64,000 nt of DNA. Origin: Candidatus Bathyarchaeia archaeon (GTDB taxonomy: Archaea > Thermoproteota > Bathyarchaeia > 40CM-2-53-6). Location of the stretch: contig JBEKVV010000003.1 of assembly GCA_049513715.1 (NCBI GenBank), positions 224,001 through 288,000 on the forward strand, read 5' to 3'. The position numbers and the translations under genes are program-made. Positions 36,755 to 46,083 of this stretch are shown one piece after another. Numbering within the stretch: the first letter of the stretch is position 1; the number at the start of each line of letters is the position of its first letter. The notes below the pieces were generated by a model that was given only the letters and a program-made list of their open reading frames with translations, ran no database searches and had not been told where the DNA came from.

Positions 36755-37014
36755 CCCGCATCGGCACCGTGATCATCGCAAAGGATAGGAGACCCGTTGA
36801 CATTCTGAGTGAGAGTGATTTTATCAAGCTGAGCGCGCGAGGATGCGATGTGAAGGAAGCGTCGACCAAGGAGTTCATGAACAGGAAGGTTGTCACATGC
36901 GGCCCTTCTGTCACAGTGATAGATGTTTTGATTATGCGAACTGAAAGAATCTTCCACCCTCCAGTAGTCAAAAGCAGCAAGTTAGTTGGCGTTGAAGCAC
37001 AGTCAGCTGGCTAG
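36755..37014 (+). pseudogene. Truncated CBS-domain-pair remnant
   Basis: RIGTVII..RPVDILSESD...EFMNRKVVTC.P..TV...IFHPPVV....LVGV. The first CBS strand/helix, a start codon and the final motif are missing. Confidence 0.65.
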
Positions 37015-37022
37015 TTGCAGCA

Positions 37023-37475
37023 TCATTGCGGCTTGTTCGAGTTCTTCTCGATAATTGCCCAGAGGCCTTCTTCCAATGTTCCGCCGAATTGGGGTTTCTC
37101 GACGAATCTCCCAATCTCACGCCAGTTGCGGTCATGGACTATGATGGTTGGAATTCTCAGCACGTTCATTTCGTCGGCAATATCGCGGTTATCGTCGAAA
37201 TCGATGACTTTGATGTTTAAGGCAGCGTTGTTAGCGGCCGCGAAGACCTTCACGAGATTTGGCAGCTGAGCCCGGCACTCGGCGTTCCATTCTGTCGCGA
37301 AGACAACCAAGAAGTATCGATCGGTTAGGCTTGAGAACTTGTCGATAACGTCCAGTTTCGGCTGGTATTCTTGCACTCGCTTCTTGATGGTTGATTTTAC
37401 TGAGGAATTCTTGATGTTGTTGACGTAGTCCCACAGGTTGGGGTAGGGCCCTATTACGTTCCGGAGAAGTGACAA
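37023..37475 (-). CDS. Thioredoxin-fold protein with single-Cys WNAEC site
   Basis: VVFATEWNAEC..LP, VLRIPTII and EIGRFVEKP. Confidence 0.8.
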   Translation of the reverse strand: MSLLRNVIGPYPNLWDYVNNIKNSSVKSTIKKRVQEYQPKLDVIDKFSSLTDRYFLVVFATEWNAECRAQLPNLVKVFAAANNAALNIKVIDFDDNRDIADEMNVLRIPTIIVHDRNWREIGRFVEKPQFGGTLEEGLWAIIEKNSNKPQ

Positions 37476-37622
37476 AATGACGACCTACAAAGCATGTATC
37501 ATTGTGCCGCTTCAGCGGAAGAAATTAGGCAGCATCATAGAGGCTGCATGTACTCCCTGTGCATTCGTGTTTTCAGCCTTTTAGTTCTATGGGAGCAGAT
37601 ATTTGAGGTTTGGCGCTCCACT

Positions 37623-39599
37623 CTAGAGTTTGGGGACGACTATGATTTTCTTGGCATCAAAGCCTAATTTGCCTTGGGTGCTCTGCCCAGCGGTGCCATA
37701 TACCTCAATTTCTTTGCCTATCAGGTCTGCGAGTTCTTCCTTCCTAATGCTAACACTTGTTCCCCCTTCATTCAGCATTCGTTCAACAATCTGCTTGGGG
37801 TCTGTGGAGGCGAGGCCGGTTGGGTCTTGGTTGGTGAGAATCACTTCGGCAACTCCTGTGCCGTCGTCAATCTTCAGACGCCCGGACAGGACTATTTTGC
37901 CCGCTTTCTTGCCGTTGCAGCGGTCACACATCAAGCTGTTTTCAGTGACTTTGAGGTCGCCGTTACAAGTTTCGCAGAGGGCTGTGAGGCTCACCCCTCC
38001 AACGGTGTCCAGCACCATGCCCTTTACCCATGTAGTCAGTCCTGATTCGAGGGCAATCACGTGTCGTATGTCTTCCCATGCTGGCCTGCCGGTCGCTGAT
38101 TGGTCGAGTGTATTGATTTTGGTGAAGGGTAATGTGGTCAATTCCAGCTGGCCGGTGAAGCCCGGGCGAACGCTAACCCCGACGATTCTGAGCTTTGTTC
38201 CCGGTCGGAGCTTCGTTGCGCCTGTTGCCTGTTCCCTCCAAAGAGTGACTTTCACCGATCCCGTCTCGTCGCGCAAAGTGAAGGAGGCAACATCAACCGT
38301 TTCCCCTTTCTCTGTGACCACTTGCCGGATTAGTGGCTCATCGGAGACCGAACCTTCGACGGTCAAAAGGCCTTTCGCAGATTCCAATGCGTTCAGCTTT
38401 GTAATGATGAGCTGATAGGTTCTCTGCTCCGTGGATTTCTGAAGCTCTCCCGACCTACCGAGGCTCAATCTAAGTTCACCCAGACGTTCGCGAACAGTTA
38501 CGCCGCGAACTTGAACTGAATCACCCTCCGAAATCTGGTTGACCAATTCGGCTTGGTCGTCCCAGAGTGAGAGTGAAGCAATGCCGGTTTCATCGGCGAT
38601 GAGGATTGATGATACTTTCACGGATTCCCCTGTGGGCCGTTTGACTTCCCTAGGCGCGCTCTTGGCTAGGATTGAGACATTCAGGTCTGCCGTTGCGACC
38701 TCAGGGGTCAGTGTGGCAATTTTGTAGGTCCGGCGAATCGGAGGCTTGAGGTATTCGGGTGACGAGTCGAGGACTGTTGTCTGGGTTCGTTTTTCAGCAT
38801 ACAACTCCACTCTTCCATTCGAATCCTGCCGCGTCCGCGCATTCACGACCTGCAGAATCTCCCCCTTCTTTAGCTCCCGAAGTTCTTCAGCTCGTTCGTT
38901 CCAAGCAACAAGGGGTATGGAACCTGATTCGTCTGCAATGATTGCTCGAAGCACACTACCCGTTCTGTCCTCCTTTGTGAAAGAGTAATTTCTAGGGTCT
39001 AGTTGGACGATGCCAACCGCGTTTACTTGATTTGCGTCAACCGTGAGCTTCCCTATTGGTGTGAATAGCTCTTTGAATTCAGGGAAATCCGAAGTTGGTA
39101 GATCCTGGGGGTCAACGTCGATGCTGCTTCGGTCGCCGGCATGCACCTCCGCGTCTCCGGAAAGACCCTGCCTCGTGTAGGCGTGGCCTATCCTCACAAC
39201 TCTCCCCTGTAAGTTACCTTTTCTAGAGACGACGTCGACGTGCCTATCCCAAAGAGCACAGCTTGCCCTATTACTTCTATCAACCAAAACTAGCCGAAGA
39301 ACTCGGCCGGGCGTTCCATCACGCCTCTGAAACGTCTGCGGAGGCCAAGCCATAAGGACACGACCCGATACGGTGACATCATTCAGCCCACTCACGAGAT
39401 CTCTGAGTTGCATTCTTCCGAGCTCGGTTCCACGTGTTTGGATTAGCAGCTCCTCGGCGACTAGCCTCGCCGCTCCTTCGTCAGAGAGTAGACCGTGGCC
39501 TTCTTTCTTCTTTTCTTCAATTAGAGCCAAGACTCTGTCTTCAGAGAGGTCATGCCGTTTGGAGAGGATGTCCTCCACAATGGTTTGAACTGTGGACAA
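37623..39599 (-). CDS. rpa: Replication protein A (multi-OB fold with zinc finger)
   Basis: GLLSDEGAARLVAEEL N-terminus, repeated DE(S/T)G..L.LW OB folds, CETC/CDRC and IDDGTG. Confidence 0.9.
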   Translation of the reverse strand: MSTVQTIVEDILSKRHDLSEDRVLALIEEKKKEGHGLLSDEGAARLVAEELLIQTRGTELGRMQLRDLVSGLNDVTVSGRVLMAWPPQTFQRRDGTPGRVLRLVLVDRSNRASCALWDRHVDVVSRKGNLQGRVVRIGHAYTRQGLSGDAEVHAGDRSSIDVDPQDLPTSDFPEFKELFTPIGKLTVDANQVNAVGIVQLDPRNYSFTKEDRTGSVLRAIIADESGSIPLVAWNERAEELRELKKGEILQVVNARTRQDSNGRVELYAEKRTQTTVLDSSPEYLKPPIRRTYKIATLTPEVATADLNVSILAKSAPREVKRPTGESVKVSSILIADETGIASLSLWDDQAELVNQISEGDSVQVRGVTVRERLGELRLSLGRSGELQKSTEQRTYQLIITKLNALESAKGLLTVEGSVSDEPLIRQVVTEKGETVDVASFTLRDETGSVKVTLWREQATGATKLRPGTKLRIVGVSVRPGFTGQLELTTLPFTKINTLDQSATGRPAWEDIRHVIALESGLTTWVKGMVLDTVGGVSLTALCETCNGDLKVTENSLMCDRCNGKKAGKIVLSGRLKIDDGTGVAEVILTNQDPTGLASTDPKQIVERMLNEGGTSVSIRKEELADLIGKEIEVYGTAGQSTQGKLGFDAKKIIVVPKL

Positions 39600-39919
39600 G
39601 AATGGGCTGCCTCGTTCTGAAATTGCCCCTAGTTGATGTGCGGGAAACCTAAGTTTTGTTATTCGCCGGGTGCTGTTTTACACGATGATAGCATGAGACA
39701 TTGCTGTTCCTAGCACAGAACATTGATATACTCGCACCCATGCGTCGCGAATTAGCGCGGAGGACGAGCCGACAACGGGCAGTTTCCAAGACAATCGCAT
39801 GTCCTCGCCCTACCACCCTACTCACACCAACTACGCGGGGCTCAAACCAGTTCAGTCAAGACAAGAAACCAAGACGAAAACTATTCAAGCCCACAACCAG
39901 CACTCTACGTGAGCCAGAA

Positions 39920-40186
39920 TTGGAGCCCCAATACGAGAAGGTTGGCAGAATCACACATTTCTACTCGAAAGCAAGCGTTGCAATCATCGAGCTTTCCGCA
40001 CCGCTTAACAAAGGCGACAAGATCACAATTAGAGGCAGCACAACGAACATCGAACAGACCGTCGACTCAATGGAAACAGAACACGAACAGATACCCGCCG
40101 CCCAAGCAGGTCAAGCGGTTGGGATGAAGGTCGTCGGCCGTGTACGCGAAAACGACATCGTCTACAGAGTTAAGGCTACTGCGTAG
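39920..40186 (+). CDS. Translation-factor beta-barrel (EF-Tu domain II / U32 C-terminal-like) small protein
   Basis: VGRITHFYSKASVAIIEL...GDKI.I.G.TT...Q.V.SM..EH...A..GQ.VG.KV..RVR.ND.VY. Start trimmed to TTG 39920. Confidence 0.8.
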   Translation: MEPQYEKVGRITHFYSKASVAIIELSAPLNKGDKITIRGSTTNIEQTVDSMETEHEQIPAAQAGQAVGMKVVGRVRENDIVYRVKATA

Positions 40187-40257
40187 ACAGATGGTTCCAC
40201 CATTTCCCGCAAGCTTAGAATAGCCGTGGCCTGTAGCCCTCGGAAGAGCGACGTGAA

Positions 40258-40569
40258 ATGGCAGAGGTAACAATCGAAGGAACCGTACTCGTGGTAACGC
40301 CTATACAGACAGGTGGGCAAGGACGACCCATGGTGCAAATGACTTTGGGAGATCCGTTCAAAGGGCCAGTCACATTCCCGCTCGACATGGACAAGGAGAT
40401 TGCGGGAGTCACAATAGCCGTTCAGCGGGCCATCAGTCAACTGCCCGGCCTCGGACAGCAGCTCGGCACACCAAGACTGATCGTTACATTGACTGAAGAA
40501 GAATACCAAGACTTGGGGCGCCCCAGGTACCCAGACCACGTAACCATAACCTTGAAGGTACAAGTCTAA
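40258..40569 (+). CDS. Arcadin-1-like protein
   Basis: Beta-helix-beta layout with TPRLIVTLTEEEYQDLG, resembling the PRLxLxLTEEE motif of arcadin-1 as I recall it. Confidence 0.5.
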   Translation: MAEVTIEGTVLVVTPIQTGGQGRPMVQMTLGDPFKGPVTFPLDMDKEIAGVTIAVQRAISQLPGLGQQLGTPRLIVTLTEEEYQDLGRPRYPDHVTITLKVQV

Positions 40570-40828
40570 GCCTAGGCATCACTGGGTTCATGAAATAGGC
40601 CCCCGCTCGTTGACGCCCGTTTCTCCATAACATGGCTTTTCGCAATTGAATGAGACCATACGGCTTAGATCGGTTCCTAGGTTGATTCTCGAATCTTCAA
40701 TGCGGGCCGGAAATAGTAAAATAGTATCTTTGCGCACAGATTAACTCTCCTTTGCGATTCCGACAGTGGAATACAACAACGACCTTGGATATGTTGGCAT
40801 CTCGTCCCCCGTGTAGGAGTGAAAATCC

Positions 40829-42067
40829 ATCCCGACTCTTTGGAGCCAGCGTTTTGCTCATCGGACTCAGCGAATGAGAAGCTCGGCAATTCGCGAACTT
40901 CTGAAATTGACCGCAGAGCCCGACATAATCTCATTCGCAGGCGGATTACCCGGCCCCGACGTGTTTCCCGCGAAAGAGTTTCGATCTGCCTGCATGCATG
41001 TCTTGGAGAAGCATGGCCCTGAGGCGCTTCAATACGGCACCACTGAAGGATTCGAGCCACTTCGCCAAATGATTGCGAGACACGCGAAACGTTACGGGAT
41101 AACTGCAGGACCTGAGAACATACTCATTACATGCGGCTCTCAACAGGCACTGGACTTGATCGGCAAGGTCTTCATAGACCCTGGAGACCGCGTTATCGTC
41201 GAAAAACCAACGTACCTTGGTGCACTGCAGGCTTGGAACGCCTATGAAGCCAACTTTATCGGGGTATCAACAGACGCTGACGGCATCAGAATAGATGAAC
41301 TTGAGAAAACTCTGGATGTAGGCGGGAAGTTCGTCTACGTAATGCCCAACTTTCAGAACCCAACCGGCGTAACCCTCTCTTTGGAAAGAAGAAAAAGACT
41401 CATCGAACTAGCCGCGCAATACCAAGTACCACTGATAGAGGATGACCCTTACGGTCAACTTCGTTACGAAGGCAAACACATAACGCCGCTATTCGCTCTC
41501 GACGGCCAAGACGTAATCTACCTCAGCACCTTCTCCAAAATCCTTTCGCCGGGGCTACGCTTGGGCTGGATAATTGCCCCGCCAGACATCATTCACCGGC
41601 TCGTCCAAGCAAAACAAGGCACTGACCTCCACACTAGCACGCTCATTCAGATGGTTGTGTACGAAGTTGCACACGGCGGGTTCTTAGATAGGCAGGTGCG
41701 AGCTATCCGCTCAGTTTACCGCGAACGGCGCGACGCGATGTTATCAGCTATGAAGAAGCAGTTCCCTGCCGGCGTTCGGTGGACCGAACCACATGGCGGG
41801 CTCTTCTTGTGGGTAACACTACCTACACCACTGGATTCGGCTGAGGTGCTGCGTGAAGCACTCAAAGAGAAAGTCGCCTTCGTACCCGGAGCATCATTCT
41901 ACCCCGACGGTTCAGGGGCCAATACAATGCGTCTCAACTTCTCATATTCAAAACCGCCCATCATCGAGGAAGGCATCCGCAGGTTGGGGAAGGTCCTCAA
42001 GATCATGTTAACCAACACGAAGCCCATCGAATTACCAGTTCAATCACCAAAACGAACAAGTCCATGA
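40829..42067 (+). CDS. PLP-dependent class I aminotransferase (LysN/ARO8-like)
   Basis: SSAIRELLK..ISFAGGLP, PNFQNPTG, EDDPY and STFSKILSPGLRLGW. The conserved N-terminal WSQRFAHR lies upstream of ATG 40874; start placed at ATC 40829. Confidence 0.92.
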   Translation: MPTLWSQRFAHRTQRMRSSAIRELLKLTAEPDIISFAGGLPGPDVFPAKEFRSACMHVLEKHGPEALQYGTTEGFEPLRQMIARHAKRYGITAGPENILITCGSQQALDLIGKVFIDPGDRVIVEKPTYLGALQAWNAYEANFIGVSTDADGIRIDELEKTLDVGGKFVYVMPNFQNPTGVTLSLERRKRLIELAAQYQVPLIEDDPYGQLRYEGKHITPLFALDGQDVIYLSTFSKILSPGLRLGWIIAPPDIIHRLVQAKQGTDLHTSTLIQMVVYEVAHGGFLDRQVRAIRSVYRERRDAMLSAMKKQFPAGVRWTEPHGGLFLWVTLPTPLDSAEVLREALKEKVAFVPGASFYPDGSGANTMRLNFSYSKPPIIEEGIRRLGKVLKIMLTNTKPIELPVQSPKRTSP

Positions 42068-42291
42068 ATACCTCGGAAAACCTTCAATGTACCCCGAAAA
42101 AGGATATCTTTCGGATTCTGATTCCCAGCACAGTAGGTGCTGGACGTCCTCAAGCTGCTGCCCTGCAAAGTCCACCAAGAAAGAGGCTACAGCGACAGTG
42201 TCCGAAGCACGATAGCTGAAACCGAGGAAAGTTCCGAACGAGCCGCATTATCTGAAGCCACTCGCTGGCATGAATCGCTCGTTGAGTGAAT

Positions 42292-45144
42292 TTAATCCCA
42301 GAACAGTCTGGTTCTTGCGTATTCGCGTTCTGCTTTCAATATGTCAACGTAGAGGTCGTCTTGGGTTCTGTGTGGTCGTCTTAGGATTCGGGTGGCGGTT
42401 GATGGCCCTACGCCCCTGCCGCTCATGACGATTACTGCTTCTCTGCCTTTCGTTTGGACTAGGCTTGCGCTGAGCCACGCCTGGTGCCAGTTATGCTCCT
42501 CCTCTGGCGAGAGTTTTATCCCCTTCTTCTTTTTCTTCACGATTCTTGCGAGTTTATCGTTTGACCTGTATGTAGCGGCGACGAGAGTCGACGAGCATTT
42601 GGGGCATCGTATCTTCTCACCGAGTTGTCCTACGACTCTGACCGCGTCCCAGTCGCCGTTGAAGACACAAACCAAACGAACTGTATCAGCGAGCAACCGC
42701 TCCCGCACAATGTCCGTTAGTGATCTTGATGGGACAGCTGGCCTGAGCAGGTCGTGTGGAATAATTTTGTCAATTATCGGAGTCGCAAATGGGGAGCATG
42801 ATTCTGCCCGTTCTTGGGCTATATCTATCGTGAACTCTCTGGATTGGATTTTCGCGACAATGACTTTGGTCGTTGAAAGGTCGAATTTTTCTTGAAGGAC
42901 CTCGCGTTTCGTTTCAGTGTTCACTGGAGTATCCTTCATTGCACGAACGAGCATGCGCGCCCGGTACGAGCGGTAATCGGCCTTTCTTTCCACTATTCCG
43001 AAGCGCCTGGCAACGTGCCATTGTCTCCAAGCAAATAGGTCGGAGGCCTGCAAAGCCTCGTTTAGGACCATTCCCACATCTTCTGGCGTAAACTTCGAAA
43101 GCTCCAGCGCAACCATTTCGGGCACGATTTTGAATGGGCATATTATGGCGATTCGGTAAGGATCAGTCTGTGTGGCCACGTTCACGCCGTATTTGGCGCT
43201 TAGCATTGATGCCAGAATCATTGCCAGTGTTTCGTTTACAGTGCTTCCGAAGCATGCGTGGATGATTATGCAGTTTTCGAACTTTTCAATGATAATGTGT
43301 TTGTCGGTTGGTACTGGGTAGTTCTTCTGCTGCGACCTTACGGTTTCGTTGATTTTGCTGATAGCGGCATCGGTGAGTTCCAGTTGGTTCTGAGTCTCGT
43401 TCAACTGTGCTGGGTCGTCGGATCTTTCAGAGAGTGTGGCCCGGAGACTTCCAACCTCTTGTGCGGTCTCGAAGCTGACTGGGATAATTTCGCCCTCCCA
43501 ACTGGGGATGGCATCCAAGGTTGGGACGGTTGGCTCAACCTCGACCGAAAGCTTCTCCTCGTTGACATTAATCACCCTCCAAGTCTGACCGTGAATAATG
43601 AAAACAGTTCCAGCCTTGCATTTCCTGGCCACGAAATCTTGATCCAAAGTTCCGATTCTGCGTTTCCTGATGAAATCGAAAACGTCGAACCGCTTTACGT
43701 CAGGTATGACTGAGAGATTCTCGTAGTAGTACCTGAAGGTTCGAGGGAAACGTGCGGAGATTATATCGTCGATGAGCCTGATGATACGGAGCGAGTCTAG
43801 GAATTTGACCAACGCATGGAACTCTTCGCCTGTAAGTTCCCTGTACGGGTAGGCTCCTCGAATGATTTGGTACGCTTCCTCAAGCTTCGCCCTCTTTAGG
43901 TCTAGGGCTATGCCGGCAACTTGGTGGGCGAGGACATCGAAGGCTTTGTCGTGAATTAGTGTTTTTTCTATTCTTCCTGCTTTGGAGTTCTTGGCGATGA
44001 CGGCGGCTTCGAGCAGGTCATCTGCCCAAGTGCCTATGACGGTTCCCTTCGCGAGCCCCCGCAGCGTATGCCCGCTTCGCCCGACCCGTTGAATGAGGCG
44101 GGTTGACATCCTAGGGGACATGTATTGAACAATAAAATCCACCCTACCGATGTCCATTCCGAGCTCAAGGGATGATGTGCAGATGACCCCCTTCACTGAG
44201 CCCTCATGAAACCCCTTCTCAACCTCTTCCCGGATCTCACGTGAGAGTGAGCCGTGGTGTACGCGTACACCAAGATCAGGGGATAGCACGCGTAATTGTG
44301 ACCCCACGGCTTCGGCTTGTTCGCGAGTATTCGTGAAGACTAGGGTTGACTGTTTCTCGGAGATGATCTCAGAGATTCGCCTCGCTCTGGCAATGGTTGT
44401 TGGCGGCAACCCGAATCGGTCTGAGTCTTTCGCATCTTGTGCGGTTGGGGGAACATATTGGATTTGGACTTCGAATCTCCTTAGTTCATCGGACTTTGCG
44501 ACTGTGACGGGCCGGTCGGATCCGGCGAGAAAACGGCCAACCTTCCCCTCCTCTCCAACGGTTGCGGACAGACCTATTCTTTGGAAGTTTCTGCCAGCTA
44601 AGTATTGTAAGCGTTCGAGGGCTAGTGTGAGTTGGACGCCTCGTTTGCTTGTGGCAAGTTCATGAATTTCATCGACAATAACCCATCGGACGCCTTTCAG
44701 GTGCTCGCGCATTCTTCGGCCTGGCAGAATGGCTTGGAGGGTTTCTGGGGTTGTGACGAGCATTTCGGGTGGTGATTTTGCTTGCATGGCCCGTGTACTG
44801 GTTGGCGTGTCCCCATGCCTAACCTGCACCTTGATTTCCAACTCTTTTCCAATAAGCTCGAGCCTCCGCAAGATGTCGCGGTTGAGCGCTCTGAGTGGGG
44901 TCACGTAGAGAATTGTGATACCCTTCGTCTCTCCGGCTGAACGCAACTCGAGAAACATGTTGAAAATAGGAAGAATCGACGCTAGCGTCTTGCCCGTTCC
45001 CGTAGGAGCGATCACCAGAACGTTATCTCCGCGCAGAATCGACGGGATTGCGATCTTCTGTATATCGCTGGGTTCCTCCAGGCCTATTTTCTCCAGATGA
45101 GACCGGATGGGTCTGTGCAACTGTGAGAACGTGTTCTCGAGCAT
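42292..45144 (-). CDS. lhr: Lhr-family DEAD/DEAH helicase
   Basis: APTGTGKT, TPLRALNRD, DEIHE, LSAT, HHGSL, SSLELGMD, QRVGRSGH and C-terminal CPKC. Confidence 0.94.
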   Translation of the reverse strand: MLENTFSQLHRPIRSHLEKIGLEEPSDIQKIAIPSILRGDNVLVIAPTGTGKTLASILPIFNMFLELRSAGETKGITILYVTPLRALNRDILRRLELIGKELEIKVQVRHGDTPTSTRAMQAKSPPEMLVTTPETLQAILPGRRMREHLKGVRWVIVDEIHELATSKRGVQLTLALERLQYLAGRNFQRIGLSATVGEEGKVGRFLAGSDRPVTVAKSDELRRFEVQIQYVPPTAQDAKDSDRFGLPPTTIARARRISEIISEKQSTLVFTNTREQAEAVGSQLRVLSPDLGVRVHHGSLSREIREEVEKGFHEGSVKGVICTSSLELGMDIGRVDFIVQYMSPRMSTRLIQRVGRSGHTLRGLAKGTVIGTWADDLLEAAVIAKNSKAGRIEKTLIHDKAFDVLAHQVAGIALDLKRAKLEEAYQIIRGAYPYRELTGEEFHALVKFLDSLRIIRLIDDIISARFPRTFRYYYENLSVIPDVKRFDVFDFIRKRRIGTLDQDFVARKCKAGTVFIIHGQTWRVINVNEEKLSVEVEPTVPTLDAIPSWEGEIIPVSFETAQEVGSLRATLSERSDDPAQLNETQNQLELTDAAISKINETVRSQQKNYPVPTDKHIIIEKFENCIIIHACFGSTVNETLAMILASMLSAKYGVNVATQTDPYRIAIICPFKIVPEMVALELSKFTPEDVGMVLNEALQASDLFAWRQWHVARRFGIVERKADYRSYRARMLVRAMKDTPVNTETKREVLQEKFDLSTTKVIVAKIQSREFTIDIAQERAESCSPFATPIIDKIIPHDLLRPAVPSRSLTDIVRERLLADTVRLVCVFNGDWDAVRVVGQLGEKIRCPKCSSTLVAATYRSNDKLARIVKKKKKGIKLSPEEEHNWHQAWLSASLVQTKGREAVIVMSGRGVGPSTATRILRRPHRTQDDLYVDILKAEREYARTRLFWD

Positions 45145-45242
45145 TTGTGGCTCCCCATTCTCCGCTACTCAGGGGTTTCCACCGGGCAACGTAGGTTAGG
45201 GTGGAGATATGGTTGTGCCGCGGCCAACGACACCCTGCAAGC

Positions 45243-45353
45243 TTAGGCGGATGGTTTCTCGTAGGCGAGGTAAACGAAGATGAGAACGACCGCTAGAAAG
45301 GCCAGGAACATTATTCCGATTTGAAGAAGGCCCCAGTATTCATCAACTGTCAA
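45243..45353 (-). CDS. 36-aa single-TM small protein
   Basis: MTVDEYWGLLQIGIMFLAFLAVVLIFVYLAYEKPSA. A TTTAAA TATA-like box lies about 40 nt upstream. Confidence 0.5.
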   Translation of the reverse strand: MTVDEYWGLLQIGIMFLAFLAVVLIFVYLAYEKPSA

Positions 45354-45417
45354 CGTCTTGACGCTCGCTTGCACCGTAGAAAGCAGATTCCCATTTAAAC
45401 ACTGCTCATACCAAGGG

Positions 45418-45849
45418 TTACTCAGGTGTCTCGGTTTTTTCTTTGGCCCTCCAACGGTCTGTAACAATTGAATACTGCGAATCTTTCTTCGTGATCGTTG
45501 TGAACTGGTTCAATGCTTCAGCGACCCGTTGAGCTATAATGTGGTAGCATAGGCCTCTCTTTTTGTCCATGACGCGGAAGTAGTAGTCGTCGCAGTAACA
45601 GAAGGGAATGTCCGGCATTACTTGATATTCCCCCTTCCTGCCCTGAACGGCCCAGACTAAGCGTCCGCTGGGCATGAACTCATACTTCCTAACCTTCTTG
45701 GAGTTCGCCAAGTTCCAGCCGTTCGTAAACCGCCCACCGAAAGTCTTTGTGAGTGCGTCCTTTAGTTGATCAGAGAGTTCACGTCGCGACTTTAGCTCAG
45801 CGCAAGCCTCCTCCATCAACTTGTTCTCAATCTCGTAGGCTGTTTGCAT
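45418..45849 (-). CDS. SWIM zinc-finger protein
   Basis: WAVQG..GEYQV...FCYCDDY..R......CYHIIA. Confidence 0.85.
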   Translation of the reverse strand: MQTAYEIENKLMEEACAELKSRRELSDQLKDALTKTFGGRFTNGWNLANSKKVRKYEFMPSGRLVWAVQGRKGEYQVMPDIPFCYCDDYYFRVMDKKRGLCYHIIAQRVAEALNQFTTITKKDSQYSIVTDRWRAKEKTETPE

Positions 45850-46083
45850 GTGAATTCCAACAAGGAGGCCGGTGTTCACTGAAGGAAGGCGGACAATTGG
45901 CCGTGCGACTTTCAAAGTTTGTGATATTTATTGACGAAGTATTCGCGCTCAGCAATTGAGGGTGTGAGCGTTCAAGAAACGTTTTTAAGTGATACTGCTT
46001 CGGTCTATGCAGTTGCGCTTGACCGTTTTCTTGCGCGACCGCGTTAAGCTCCCGAAATTGTTCTCGGAGGCAAAACCAAAACC

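Noticed and set aside
39701..39919. N-terminal 73 aa of ORF 39701..40186
   Set aside because: It is low-complexity translation of the promoter region shared with rpa. The domain starts near TTG 39920.
42222..42236. GAGGAAAGTTCC resembling the RNase P RNA conserved region I
   Set aside because: Only about 55 nt remain before the lhr stop, and I could not find the matching 3' conserved region.
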